A stretch of 64,000 bases of DNA from Candidatus Pacearchaeota archaeon (lineage in GTDB: Archaea > Nanobdellota > Nanobdellia > Pacearchaeales > JAPDKA01), in assembly GCA_038890875.1 (NCBI GenBank), contig JAWAFA010000001.1, forward strand, positions 863 through 64,862, read 5' to 3'. How positions within the stretch are numbered: position 1 is the first letter of the stretch; every line of letters starts with the position of its first letter. Position numbers and translations under genes: made by a program. This document shows, in pieces, positions 56,026-64,000 of this stretch. The notes beneath the pieces were generated by a model that saw only the letters and a list, made by a program, of their open reading frames with translations, was not told the DNA's origin and did no database searches.

Positions 56026-58095
56026 TTATAAGTAGCATACACTTCCAACACATTCATGACTGAAATGTAATTTTGCTAATGTCTTTTCTTTTCCCTTACC
56101 TAAATATAACACTTGCTCTGGCTTGCTACCATAACGATAAATAGTTATTCCTCTGCATCTTAGTTTGTAGGCAAGTAAATAGGCCTTTTTTATCTCATCA
56201 ACTGTTGTTTCCTTTGGCATATTTATTGTCTTACTAACACTATTATCTACATATTTTTGCCAGACTGCTTGCATTTTTATGTGCTGCTCGTATGGAATTT
56301 CAAGCGCTGTAACAAAAATTTCTTTTATATCTTTTGGTAAATCGATTCCTTTGAGATTTCCTTGTCTTACAATTTTTTCAACTAGTTCCTCACTATATAA
56401 TCCTCTTGAGAGTATTTCCCGTAAAAAATATTTATCTATTTCTAAAAATTTTTTTCCCTCAAGAATCTCGCGCTCAAAAATTAAGGCAAAAAGAGGTTCT
56501 ATGCTACTCGAGCATCCTGCGATTATGCTTATGGTTCCTGTTGGTGCTATACTAAGGAGGGTTGCATTTCTCATAGGCCTTTTATGCTTTGATTTTGCTA
56601 TGTTTGGAAAAGAGCCTTTTTCTAAAGCAAGATTATGGCTTTCATCATAAGCAATTTTTCTCAGAAAACTTGCAAGCTTCTCACTAAATTTTAATGCTCT
56701 CTCACTATTATAGGGAATTTTTAAAATAAAAAATAAATCAGCAAGACCCATCACACCAAGCCCTATCTTCCTATTAGCTTTAACATTTTTTTCTATTTCT
56801 TTTAAAGGAAATTTATTAATTGAAATAACATTATCTAAAAATCTGACAGCGAGCCTTATTGTTCTTTCAAACTTTTCCCAATCAAATTCATATTTGCCAC
56901 TTATTTCTTTTACCATTTTCGTCAAGTTTATTGAGCCAAGATTACAAGCTTCATAAGCAATTAAGGGCACTTCACCACAAGGATTAACTCCTTCAACAGG
57001 AATTTTTAAATTATGTTTTCTATTTATTTCGTCAATAAAAATTAAACCAGGATCGCCAGTTTGCCAGGCATTCTGGCAAATTTTCTCAAAAAGCTCCCTT
57101 GCATTTATTTTTTTAACTTTTTTTTTATCTCGTGGATTTATCAAGGCGTATTCGCCAAGATTAAGCACAGCATTCATAAACTTATCATCAACAGCTACGC
57201 TTATGTTAAAATTACTTAAAGTCTTTTGATCTGCCTTAGCTTCAATAAATTGCTCTATATCTGGATGGCTAACATGTAATATGCCCATATTTGCTCCCCT
57301 ACGCTTTCCTCCTTGCTTAATTATTTCTGTCGCCATATCATAAATTTTCATAAAACTTACTGGTCCGCTAGCTACTCCTTTCGTGCTTTTTACAATATCT
57401 CCCCTAGGCCTTAACTTTGAAAAATTAAAACCAGTCCCACCACCACTTTGCTGAATTTTTGCCATATTTCCAAGAGTAGTGAAAATTGAATCGAGACTAT
57501 CTTCTATTGGCAAGACGAAGCACGCACTAAGTTGCCCAAGTCCAGTTCCTGCATTCATAAGCGTTGGGCTATTAGGTAAGAACTCCAGATTAGAAAGCAT
57601 ATCAAAAAATATCTTCTCATATTTTTTCCTTTTTTCTTGTTTTTCAACGCTAGCAACAGCTCTTGCTATTCTTTTGAACATTTCTCTTGGAGTTTCTATT
57701 ATCATTCCCTTATCATTTTTCAACAAATATCGCTCTTCAAGAACTTTTAATGCTGTTGCATTAAATTTCATATCATCCTTTAATTTCAAAAATTCTCTTA
57801 TTTCTCTCGCTAAATGCCTCGAGCGACGATAAAGGGAATATGCTTTTGCAATCCTCTCATTTTTTGCAAATAAAATTTCTTCAACGATATCTTGAATATC
57901 CTCAATATCTATAATACTAACATCAGTAAATTTCTCCTCAATAGTTTTTACAACAAGAGTGGTAATGTTATCAGAAAAATTTTTCTCAACATTTTCCTTT
58001 CCAAGAAAGTTCACTGCTTTATCAATCGCCGCCTTTATTTTTCTAGCATCAAAATCAACAAGTTTGCCTGTCCTCTTTTTTACTTTTTTTATCAT
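56026..58095 (-). CDS. nrdJ: Adenosylcobalamin-dependent (class II) ribonucleotide reductase with ATP cone
   Basis: ATP cone VKKR.G..FD..KI, PNSPTLMNAG, SACFV, NPCGE, APTGTIS, C-terminal Cys pair. Confidence 0.92.
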   Translation of the reverse strand: MIKKVKKRTGKLVDFDARKIKAAIDKAVNFLGKENVEKNFSDNITTLVVKTIEEKFTDVSIIDIEDIQDIVEEILFAKNERIAKAYSLYRRSRHLAREIREFLKLKDDMKFNATALKVLEERYLLKNDKGMIIETPREMFKRIARAVASVEKQEKRKKYEKIFFDMLSNLEFLPNSPTLMNAGTGLGQLSACFVLPIEDSLDSIFTTLGNMAKIQQSGGGTGFNFSKLRPRGDIVKSTKGVASGPVSFMKIYDMATEIIKQGGKRRGANMGILHVSHPDIEQFIEAKADQKTLSNFNISVAVDDKFMNAVLNLGEYALINPRDKKKVKKINARELFEKICQNAWQTGDPGLIFIDEINRKHNLKIPVEGVNPCGEVPLIAYEACNLGSINLTKMVKEISGKYEFDWEKFERTIRLAVRFLDNVISINKFPLKEIEKNVKANRKIGLGVMGLADLFFILKIPYNSERALKFSEKLASFLRKIAYDESHNLALEKGSFPNIAKSKHKRPMRNATLLSIAPTGTISIIAGCSSSIEPLFALIFEREILEGKKFLEIDKYFLREILSRGLYSEELVEKIVRQGNLKGIDLPKDIKEIFVTALEIPYEQHIKMQAVWQKYVDNSVSKTINMPKETTVDEIKKAYLLAYKLRCRGITIYRYGSKPEQVLYLGKGKEKTLAKLHFSHECVGSVCYL

Positions 58096-58149
58096 TCTTT
58101 TTAAAAGCTCCAAGAGTTTTTATACTTTTACTCTAGCTTTTTTCATTGC

Positions 58150-58677
58150 TTATTTTTTAACTTGATAGATATAGATTTTGTTTTTCTGTCTAATTAATTT
58201 TAATGTTGGGAATCTCCACCAATAGCTTACTACAGTCCCTCTTTTTATTTCTCGTTTAATTTTATCTTCAAGTTTTGCCATAATATAGCCAATTCCAAAA
58301 ACAAAAACAACATTAAACTTACTTAAATTTTGTCGCCAAAAATTTTTCCACTCTATCCTTACATTTTTTATCTCAAGCTTTTTCAGCTTAAGTTTGCTAT
58401 AGGCAACTAAAAAAGGGTTTATTTCATAGCCAACTATTTTTGCTTTTGGATAAAGCTTTGCAAGCTCGACAACAACATTTCCATTTCCACTTCCTAAATC
58501 AACTATTTTTGCATTTGTTGAAATTTTAGCTAGCTTTGCTGCTTTTATTACTTCTCTTGCTGGCATCGGCTCAAAAGGTGCACCGGTAAAATAAGGAAGT
58601 AAGAAAGAAATGATTAGTGAAAAAGAAGCTAGAGCAATGATAGAAGCAAGAATAAGATAAATAGTCATCTTAATCAT
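58150..58677 (-). CDS. Membrane-anchored class I SAM methyltransferase
   Basis: TM, GAPF.P, DLGSGNG, GYEINP.L. Confidence 0.85.
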   Translation of the reverse strand: MIKMTIYLILASIIALASFSLIISFLLPYFTGAPFEPMPAREVIKAAKLAKISTNAKIVDLGSGNGNVVVELAKLYPKAKIVGYEINPFLVAYSKLKLKKLEIKNVRIEWKNFWRQNLSKFNVVFVFGIGYIMAKLEDKIKREIKRGTVVSYWWRFPTLKLIRQKNKIYIYQVKK

Positions 58678-60266
58678 TCATTTTGATTTGTTTGATTTGT
58701 ATTTTCTTCTTCTATTTCTATATCAGCATTAAAAAAATCATGTAATGTCTTTGCTTTTGTTTTCTCTACTGTTTGTTTTGGTTCTTTAAGTTTAAGTTTT
58801 TTACTTAAACTATTGATTATGTTATACATTTTATGTTCTTTATGCCAAGCTGCCCAGTAATAGCTCTCATCACGCGTCTTTTCAGTCATTAAGATTATAA
58901 CTCGCCCTTCTCTTGTTCTAGCAGTTCTGCCAGCACGTTGTATTTTTCTTATAGCTGAAGGAACTGGTTCATAAAAGATTACAGTATCAACCTCTGGCAG
59001 ATCGAGCCCTTCCTCGCCAACACTCGTTGAAACAAGAACATTTATCAAACCTAGTTTAAATTCCTCGATAATTTCTCTCTGAATTTTCTGATTCAAGCCA
59101 AAATCTCTTTTTTTTGCCTGGCCGACAAAGGGCTTGTTTTTTATTCCAAAGCTACTTAGTACGTCGCTAATTTTAGCTACATTATCTCTATATTGAGTAA
59201 ATACAATCGCCCTAAAATTTTTATTATTTTTTAACTCTTCTTGCAAAATTTCTTTTAACTTTTCAAGCTTTGGATGCTCTCTCCCTTTTTTATAAAGCTC
59301 AACTGTCTTTAAAAATGCTTTATTAAAATTGCCATTTCTTATAATTTCACATACCGCTTTACTTTTCTTTTCCTGCGCTTGCTCATATAAATCTTGAAGA
59401 TAGAGGTAAAGGGCTGAGATACTTTGAGTTTCAAGAAGCTCAAGAGCGTGTTGAATTTTCAAAGCAACAGCAATTGCCGTCATTGCTTTTAACAAATTAT
59501 AATTTTTATCGATTGCTACTTTTCTTTGAAGAGTTCGTTGGAGCTCAATAATGTCTTTTTTTGATACTATTGGCTTAAACAAAAATCCCCTATTTTTTAA
59601 TTCTTCGAGTTTTTTTTCATAATATTCTTTTAGATTTTTTCTTATTTCTTCCAACTCATCATCAATCTTAGTTTTTATTATTTTAACTTTTAATTTTTTT
59701 ATGTATGGTTTAACATCAGGACTCTCCCGAGTACGAATTTCAATTGCTGATATATTTAAATTGTGGCATATTTGATCAATTTTTGCTTTTTCTTCACTTG
59801 GAGAGGCAGTTAAGCCCACAATCCTACCACTTTTATTTTCCTCAACATATTTTTTTGCAATATAAACATAATCATAATTTTTTAAACATCGATGGGCTTC
59901 ATCAAATATAATGATGCAGACATTATAAAGATTAATTAAATTGTTTTTCATGTCATTCGCTACTGTTTGTGGGGTAGCAAGAATAACTTCTGCCTTTTCA
60001 AAAATTTCTTTTCTCTTGCCAGGATTTATCGAACCAGTAAGAATATGGGTTTCAAATTGATAGTTTTTTTTAAAGTTGGAAAAATGTTGATCAACAAGCG
60101 GTTTTGTTGGTGCTAAAAAAATTGCTTTTCCTCTCCTCTTCTCCAACATGTACTTTATTAATTCAAAGGCAATTAATGTTTTCCCAAGGCCAGTAGGTAG
60201 GATAACAAGAGTATTTTTTTCTTTAGCCGTATTTATAATATTATTCTGATATTCACGTAATTCCAT
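58674..60266 (-). CDS. hef: Hef/FANCM-family SF2 helicase lacking the nuclease domain
   Basis: REYQ, PTGLGKT, DEAHR, GLTASP, HPK, FVGQ, GEEGLD, QRAGRTAR. Confidence 0.92.
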   Translation of the reverse strand: MELREYQNNIINTAKEKNTLVILPTGLGKTLIAFELIKYMLEKRRGKAIFLAPTKPLVDQHFSNFKKNYQFETHILTGSINPGKRKEIFEKAEVILATPQTVANDMKNNLINLYNVCIIIFDEAHRCLKNYDYVYIAKKYVEENKSGRIVGLTASPSEEKAKIDQICHNLNISAIEIRTRESPDVKPYIKKLKVKIIKTKIDDELEEIRKNLKEYYEKKLEELKNRGFLFKPIVSKKDIIELQRTLQRKVAIDKNYNLLKAMTAIAVALKIQHALELLETQSISALYLYLQDLYEQAQEKKSKAVCEIIRNGNFNKAFLKTVELYKKGREHPKLEKLKEILQEELKNNKNFRAIVFTQYRDNVAKISDVLSSFGIKNKPFVGQAKKRDFGLNQKIQREIIEEFKLGLINVLVSTSVGEEGLDLPEVDTVIFYEPVPSAIRKIQRAGRTARTREGRVIILMTEKTRDESYYWAAWHKEHKMYNIINSLSKKLKLKEPKQTVEKTKAKTLHDFFNADIEIEEENTNQTNQNE

Positions 60267-60311
60267 AAATAACAAATGAAAAGTATTTTAAATTATTTTC
60301 TTTAATTAATT

Positions 60312-60500
60312 ATGCTAAAGTTAACAAAAACTTCAAATGAGGGAAAATGGATAAATGTTAAGTGTAATAAATGCGGTAATACACAGACTATCTACGGAAA
60401 AGCTACGACTGTAGTAAAATGCATAAATTGTTCAACAATACTTGCTACACCAACTGGAGGAAAAGCAAAAATAAAAGCAAGGGTGTTAAAAATTAAGTAA
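60312..60500 (+). CDS. rps27e: 30S ribosomal protein eS27
   Basis: VKC..C.N.Q..C..C..L..PTGGKA. Confidence 0.95.
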   Translation: MLKLTKTSNEGKWINVKCNKCGNTQTIYGKATTVVKCINCSTILATPTGGKAKIKARVLKIK

Positions 60501-60508
60501 AGAGAAAA

Positions 60509-61267
60509 ATGGAAGTTAAAAATGAAGAGAAAAAGGTTCCTGAAGAAGATGAATTAGTACTGTGTACAATTAAGGAAATAAAAAAACCGCAAGTGTTTGT
60601 TAACATCGATACTTATAACAAAGAAGGGGTTATTCAATTTTCAGAAATAGCCTCGGGAAGAATAAGGAATATTAGAGACTATGTTGTTCCTGGTAAGAAA
60701 GTTGTTTGCAAGGTTTTAAGGGTGTTGAAAAGTGGGCAAACAGTGCATATAGATTTATCCTTACGAAGAGTAAGCGCTAAAGAGAGAGAGCAGGTAATGA
60801 AAGAGTACGCAAAAGAGAGAGATTCGGAAAAATTGTTAAAAGTTATATTAAAAGAAGAGTTCGATAAAATTAGTGCTAAGATACTGGAAAAATACAGAAG
60901 TTATTTTAGATTTTTGATGGCTTTTTTAGAAGATAAACAAAAAGCGAAAGAAATTGGAATAAAATCAAAACTTGTTGAGGAAATAGAGAATGAAGTGAGG
61001 AGGAGGTTTAAAGAAAAAGAAATAAAAAAAAGTTATATTATAGAGGCAAGCACATTTTTAAGCGAAGGACTTTTTTTGATTAAGGAATTTTTTACGAAGC
61101 TCAGACTTGAAGGAGCTGAGATAAAATATATTTCTGCCCCATCTTATGAGATAACAATTAAAGGCAAGGACATCCAAGAAATAAATAAAAAGATAGAAAA
61201 AATAAATGAACTAATTTCAACTTACGCCAAATCTTTTGGTATTTTAAAGATAAGGGAAAAAGAATAA
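60509..61267 (+). CDS. eif2a: Translation initiation factor 2 alpha subunit
   Basis: S1 domain SEIASGRIRNIRD, HIDLSLRRV, YISAPSY. Confidence 0.93.
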   Translation: MEVKNEEKKVPEEDELVLCTIKEIKKPQVFVNIDTYNKEGVIQFSEIASGRIRNIRDYVVPGKKVVCKVLRVLKSGQTVHIDLSLRRVSAKEREQVMKEYAKERDSEKLLKVILKEEFDKISAKILEKYRSYFRFLMAFLEDKQKAKEIGIKSKLVEEIENEVRRRFKEKEIKKSYIIEASTFLSEGLFLIKEFFTKLRLEGAEIKYISAPSYEITIKGKDIQEINKKIEKINELISTYAKSFGILKIREKE

Positions 61268-61276
61268 GTTCAAAAT

Positions 61277-61408
61277 ATGTTCAAAAAATTATTTAAATGC
61301 CCAAAATGTAATAAATATAGTTTAAGCGAGTATTGTAAAAAATGTGGTATCAAAAGAATAAATCCTGCATACAAGTTTAAATTGCAAGATGAAAATAACA
61401 AGAGATAA
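61277..61408 (+). CDS. nop10: Short Nop10-like zinc ribbon (43 aa)
   Basis: Not in track: MFKKLFKCPKCNKYSLSEYCKKCG..NPAYKF; canonical position after aIF2-alpha. Confidence 0.7.
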   Translation: MFKKLFKCPKCNKYSLSEYCKKCGIKRINPAYKFKLQDENNKR

Positions 61409-62054
61409 AAATTTTAAGAAATATAATTTTGATATAACCATCCTTTCTTTTCCCAGTAATACTAATCTTACTAACATGATCTTAGCTAATATTATGGGTA
61501 AATTAAAACCAAAAATTATAGCTAAAGCATCATTTGATGAGCTTCCTGTTGCCATAGTTAGTGGCGGCAATATTTTTAGCCCTTCAATAGATTTTTATTA
61601 TAAAAAAATCAATGGCAACAGTTATTGTTTTGTGATTGCTAATTATAAACCACGGGAAATTGAGGCATATAAAAAAATATATGAAATAATAAAAAGAAGT
61701 AATGAGATAATAATATTAAATGAAGTTAAAGGAAGTGAATTTTTTTATATAAGGAACGAACATAGAAAGCCAAAAATAAAGTTGGACAAAATAAAAACAA
61801 AATTTAAGAAAATTGATAATGCCATAATAAAAGGAATTCCTGCTTTTGTCTTCGATGCTGCTAAGAAAGATAAAAGTAATATAACTGTCCTCTTCTTTAA
61901 TACAAATCCTGAGTCTATTGAAGATGGAATCAAAATTTTTAATGATGCAATTAACATCGATGTAAAGATTGATGGACTTGAAAAAAAACAAATAACACAA
62001 AGTAAAAGTCAAGAAAATAAAAGCAAAAACAATAAATTTAGTTATGTTGGCTAA
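61389..62054 (+). CDS. Divergent PAC2-family protein
   Basis: Canonical position after nop10; weak FP..,LP..V, I.G motifs; ends SYVG. Confidence 0.6.
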   Translation: MKITRDKNFKKYNFDITILSFPSNTNLTNMILANIMGKLKPKIIAKASFDELPVAIVSGGNIFSPSIDFYYKKINGNSYCFVIANYKPREIEAYKKIYEIIKRSNEIIILNEVKGSEFFYIRNEHRKPKIKLDKIKTKFKKIDNAIIKGIPAFVFDAAKKDKSNITVLFFNTNPESIEDGIKIFNDAINIDVKIDGLEKKQITQSKSQENKSKNNKFSYVG

Positions 62055-62055
62055 A

Positions 62056-62331
62056 ATGGCACAAGTTGTTATAACGCTGAAAATAATGCCAGAAAGCCCT
62101 GACACTTCTCTTGAGAAAATAGAGAAAAACGCAAGAGAAATTATAAATAAGGAGGGAGAGTTTGTAAAAAAAGAGATAAAACCGGTGGCTTTTGGCCTTA
62201 ACGAGCTTGATATGGTTTTTTTGCTTGATGAGAAAAAAGCCTCTATTGTTGATAAGTTAGAAGAAAGAATAAAAAATATTAAAGGGGTAGCTAATGCTGA
62301 GATAGTTGATGTAAGAAGGACACTTGGATAA
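62056..62331 (+). CDS. ef1b: Elongation factor 1-beta
   Basis: KIMPESPD..PVAFGL..L..GV..E. Confidence 0.93.
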   Translation: MAQVVITLKIMPESPDTSLEKIEKNAREIINKEGEFVKKEIKPVAFGLNELDMVFLLDEKKASIVDKLEERIKNIKGVANAEIVDVRRTLG

Positions 62332-62356
62332 AATCTTGATAAAATAAAAGATTACA

Positions 62357-62509
62357 ATGAAAGAAAAAAAAGGTATTGAGTGGAGTGAAGTGTTATTGTG
62401 GGGGATTGTGATTGCTGCGTTAATAATTATAATTGTTGGGATATTTTTGTTCAAAAAAGGTGGGGAAAGCCTTTTAGATCAGATTATAAATTTATTTAGA
62501 TTTCGTTAA
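62357..62509 (+). CDS. Small class III signal peptide (pilin-like) protein, 50 aa
   Basis: Not in track: MKEKKG|IEWSEVLLWGIVIAALIIIIVG. Confidence 0.7.
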   Translation: MKEKKGIEWSEVLLWGIVIAALIIIIVGIFLFKKGGESLLDQIINLFRFR

Positions 62510-62512
62510 GAC

Positions 62513-63487
62513 ATGGCTCTTGAAATAGAAAAGCTAATAAAAGGGATTATTGGGTTAATGGCATTCATTGTTATTATTTTAATTATAATAATTGCAGCAA
62601 GAACGATTTATTCTGGAATAACCTTTCCTAAAGAAGAAATCTTGCAAAAAACAGAATTTAATCGCGAAGTGATACTGAGAAATTTTGAAGATTGTAGTAA
62701 AATTGATGATACTAATTGTTTTTGTGAAATTTTTCCTTCACAACAATTTCCGGCTGTTTTACCAAAATGGTTTAGTATTACAATTGAAAACAAAGATGGC
62801 AAAAGTAACATCTCAATTTTGTTAAATGAAAAAATTTTAGATCGAAGAGAAATAAAAAGTGAGGTTTGGTGGTGGGGGTCTTGGCGTTATAAACCTCCCA
62901 TTCTTTTTATACAACCATATTTATCCCCCTTAAAAGGCAAAATTGAATTTGAGGAATATCCAAAGTTAACAATGGATGTTTTTAGAAGAGAAAAAGTTGA
63001 AAAGGACACAATCTCAATTTTATCAGGAGATGCATTAAAAATTGAGAATAGATTAAATTTTTTAACAGAATATATTAAGGTAGAAGAAAGTAAAAAGGTA
63101 TTAGATGAGTTAAGAGAGGTAAAGTGTACTGAAGGAAGATATGATTCAATAAATTTTTTCGAAAATTTAAGAATGCTTCTTTTAACTAAAAACAGAGCTA
63201 GCCAGCCGCAAAATGTTAAAATTGGAGAAAATTTTGTTATTATTGCTAATAAAACATCTATCGGATTATACGACAAAGATGGAAATATTGTTAAAAGTTT
63301 ATTTATAAGTATAAGTTATTTAGAGGAAAAAGGAGATAAACAAATTGAAATTAGTAAGTTTGAAGAAGTTATACCTGTTAATCTTCTTTGCGGTTCAGAG
63401 GAAAGAATTGAGCTTAGAAAAGATGATAAAGTAAAATTGATGGTTTCAGGTAATCAAGCATGTATTGAAAAAATTGAAAAGATTTAA
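62513..63487 (+). CDS. Membrane-anchored extracellular protein (minor pilin/adhesin-like)
   Basis: N-terminal TM, Cys pairs, pilin-cluster context. Confidence 0.55.
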   Translation: MALEIEKLIKGIIGLMAFIVIILIIIIAARTIYSGITFPKEEILQKTEFNREVILRNFEDCSKIDDTNCFCEIFPSQQFPAVLPKWFSITIENKDGKSNISILLNEKILDRREIKSEVWWWGSWRYKPPILFIQPYLSPLKGKIEFEEYPKLTMDVFRREKVEKDTISILSGDALKIENRLNFLTEYIKVEESKKVLDELREVKCTEGRYDSINFFENLRMLLLTKNRASQPQNVKIGENFVIIANKTSIGLYDKDGNIVKSLFISISYLEEKGDKQIEISKFEEVIPVNLLCGSEERIELRKDDKVKLMVSGNQACIEKIEKI

Positions 63488-63526
63488 AAAATATAGAATT
63501 ATAAAAATAAAAACTTAAATAACAAC

Positions 63527-63859
63527 ATGAAAAACAAAAGAGGTATTGAATTGAGCACAACAACCATAATAATACTCATACTGGCCGTCATTGTTCTTGT
63601 GCTTTTAGCAGTAGCTGTTACAGGTGGCTTTGGCAAACTATGGAAAAGAATAACTGGTGTTGGTGAGGTTGGAACAGCTATGGAGATAGATCTAGCTAAA
63701 GAAACATGTATGTTATACTTTAATTTAAAACAAAAAAACGCATTCTGTAATGAAACTTTAAATATCAAAGGTCTTGGAAGTTTAACTTGTTTTGATGCAA
63801 GAGAAGGATTAAAGCTAAACATTACGGATGAGGAAGCTAAGGAGTTTTGTCGGCAGTAA
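63527..63859 (+). CDS. Class III signal peptide (pilin-like) protein
   Basis: MKNKRG|IELSTTTIIILILAVIVLV, four Cys. Confidence 0.75.
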   Translation: MKNKRGIELSTTTIIILILAVIVLVLLAVAVTGGFGKLWKRITGVGEVGTAMEIDLAKETCMLYFNLKQKNAFCNETLNIKGLGSLTCFDAREGLKLNITDEEAKEFCRQ

Positions 63860-63882
63860 AAGATAGTGCATAAAAAGACAAA

Positions 63883-64000
63883 ATGAATAAAAAAGCACAA
63901 GAGCTTAATATTAAGCTATTGGTAGTAATCATCATCGCTCTGCTTGTTCTTGTTATCTCTGTTGTATTCTTTAGCTCTGGTATAAAAGAAATTTTTTCTA
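63883..64000 (+). CDS. Class III signal peptide (pilin-like) protein, partial
   Basis: MNKKA|QELNIKLLVVIIIALLVLV; runs off window end. Confidence 0.7.
   Translation, partial: MNKKAQELNIKLLVVIIIALLVLVISVVFFSSGIKEIFS

Overview
AT-rich, gene-dense chromosomal segment of a reduced-genome archaeon. A DPANN lineage, probably Pacearchaeota/Woesearchaeota-like, is inferred from archaeal informational genes, many KKG/KKA class III signal peptides and little metabolism. The window holds most of the S10/spc ribosomal cluster (uL2 to eL32), proS, tyrS, Elp3, TBP, MCM, RPA, TFS, aIF2-alpha, aEF1-beta, four CCA-less tRNAs, ppsA, class II RNR with a cobalamin adenosyltransferase, a split Hef, the OapABC/ArvABC GTPase operon, surface glycoproteins and pilin-like genes. 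Four things stand out. (1) A 2.45 kb opposite-strand insertion between rpl2 and rps19 consists of fused relics of four unrelated genes plus an intact SLOG-like ORF flanked by two integron attC-like hairpins. (2) A frameshifted gene encodes mTERF-type repeats, a family mainly known from eukaryotic organelles. (3) A bacterial-type DisA diadenylate cyclase is coupled to a DHH/DHHA1 phosphoesterase. (4) An orphan formate-dehydrogenase-like molybdoenzyme is present. All calls come from motif recognition by eye; no searches were run.
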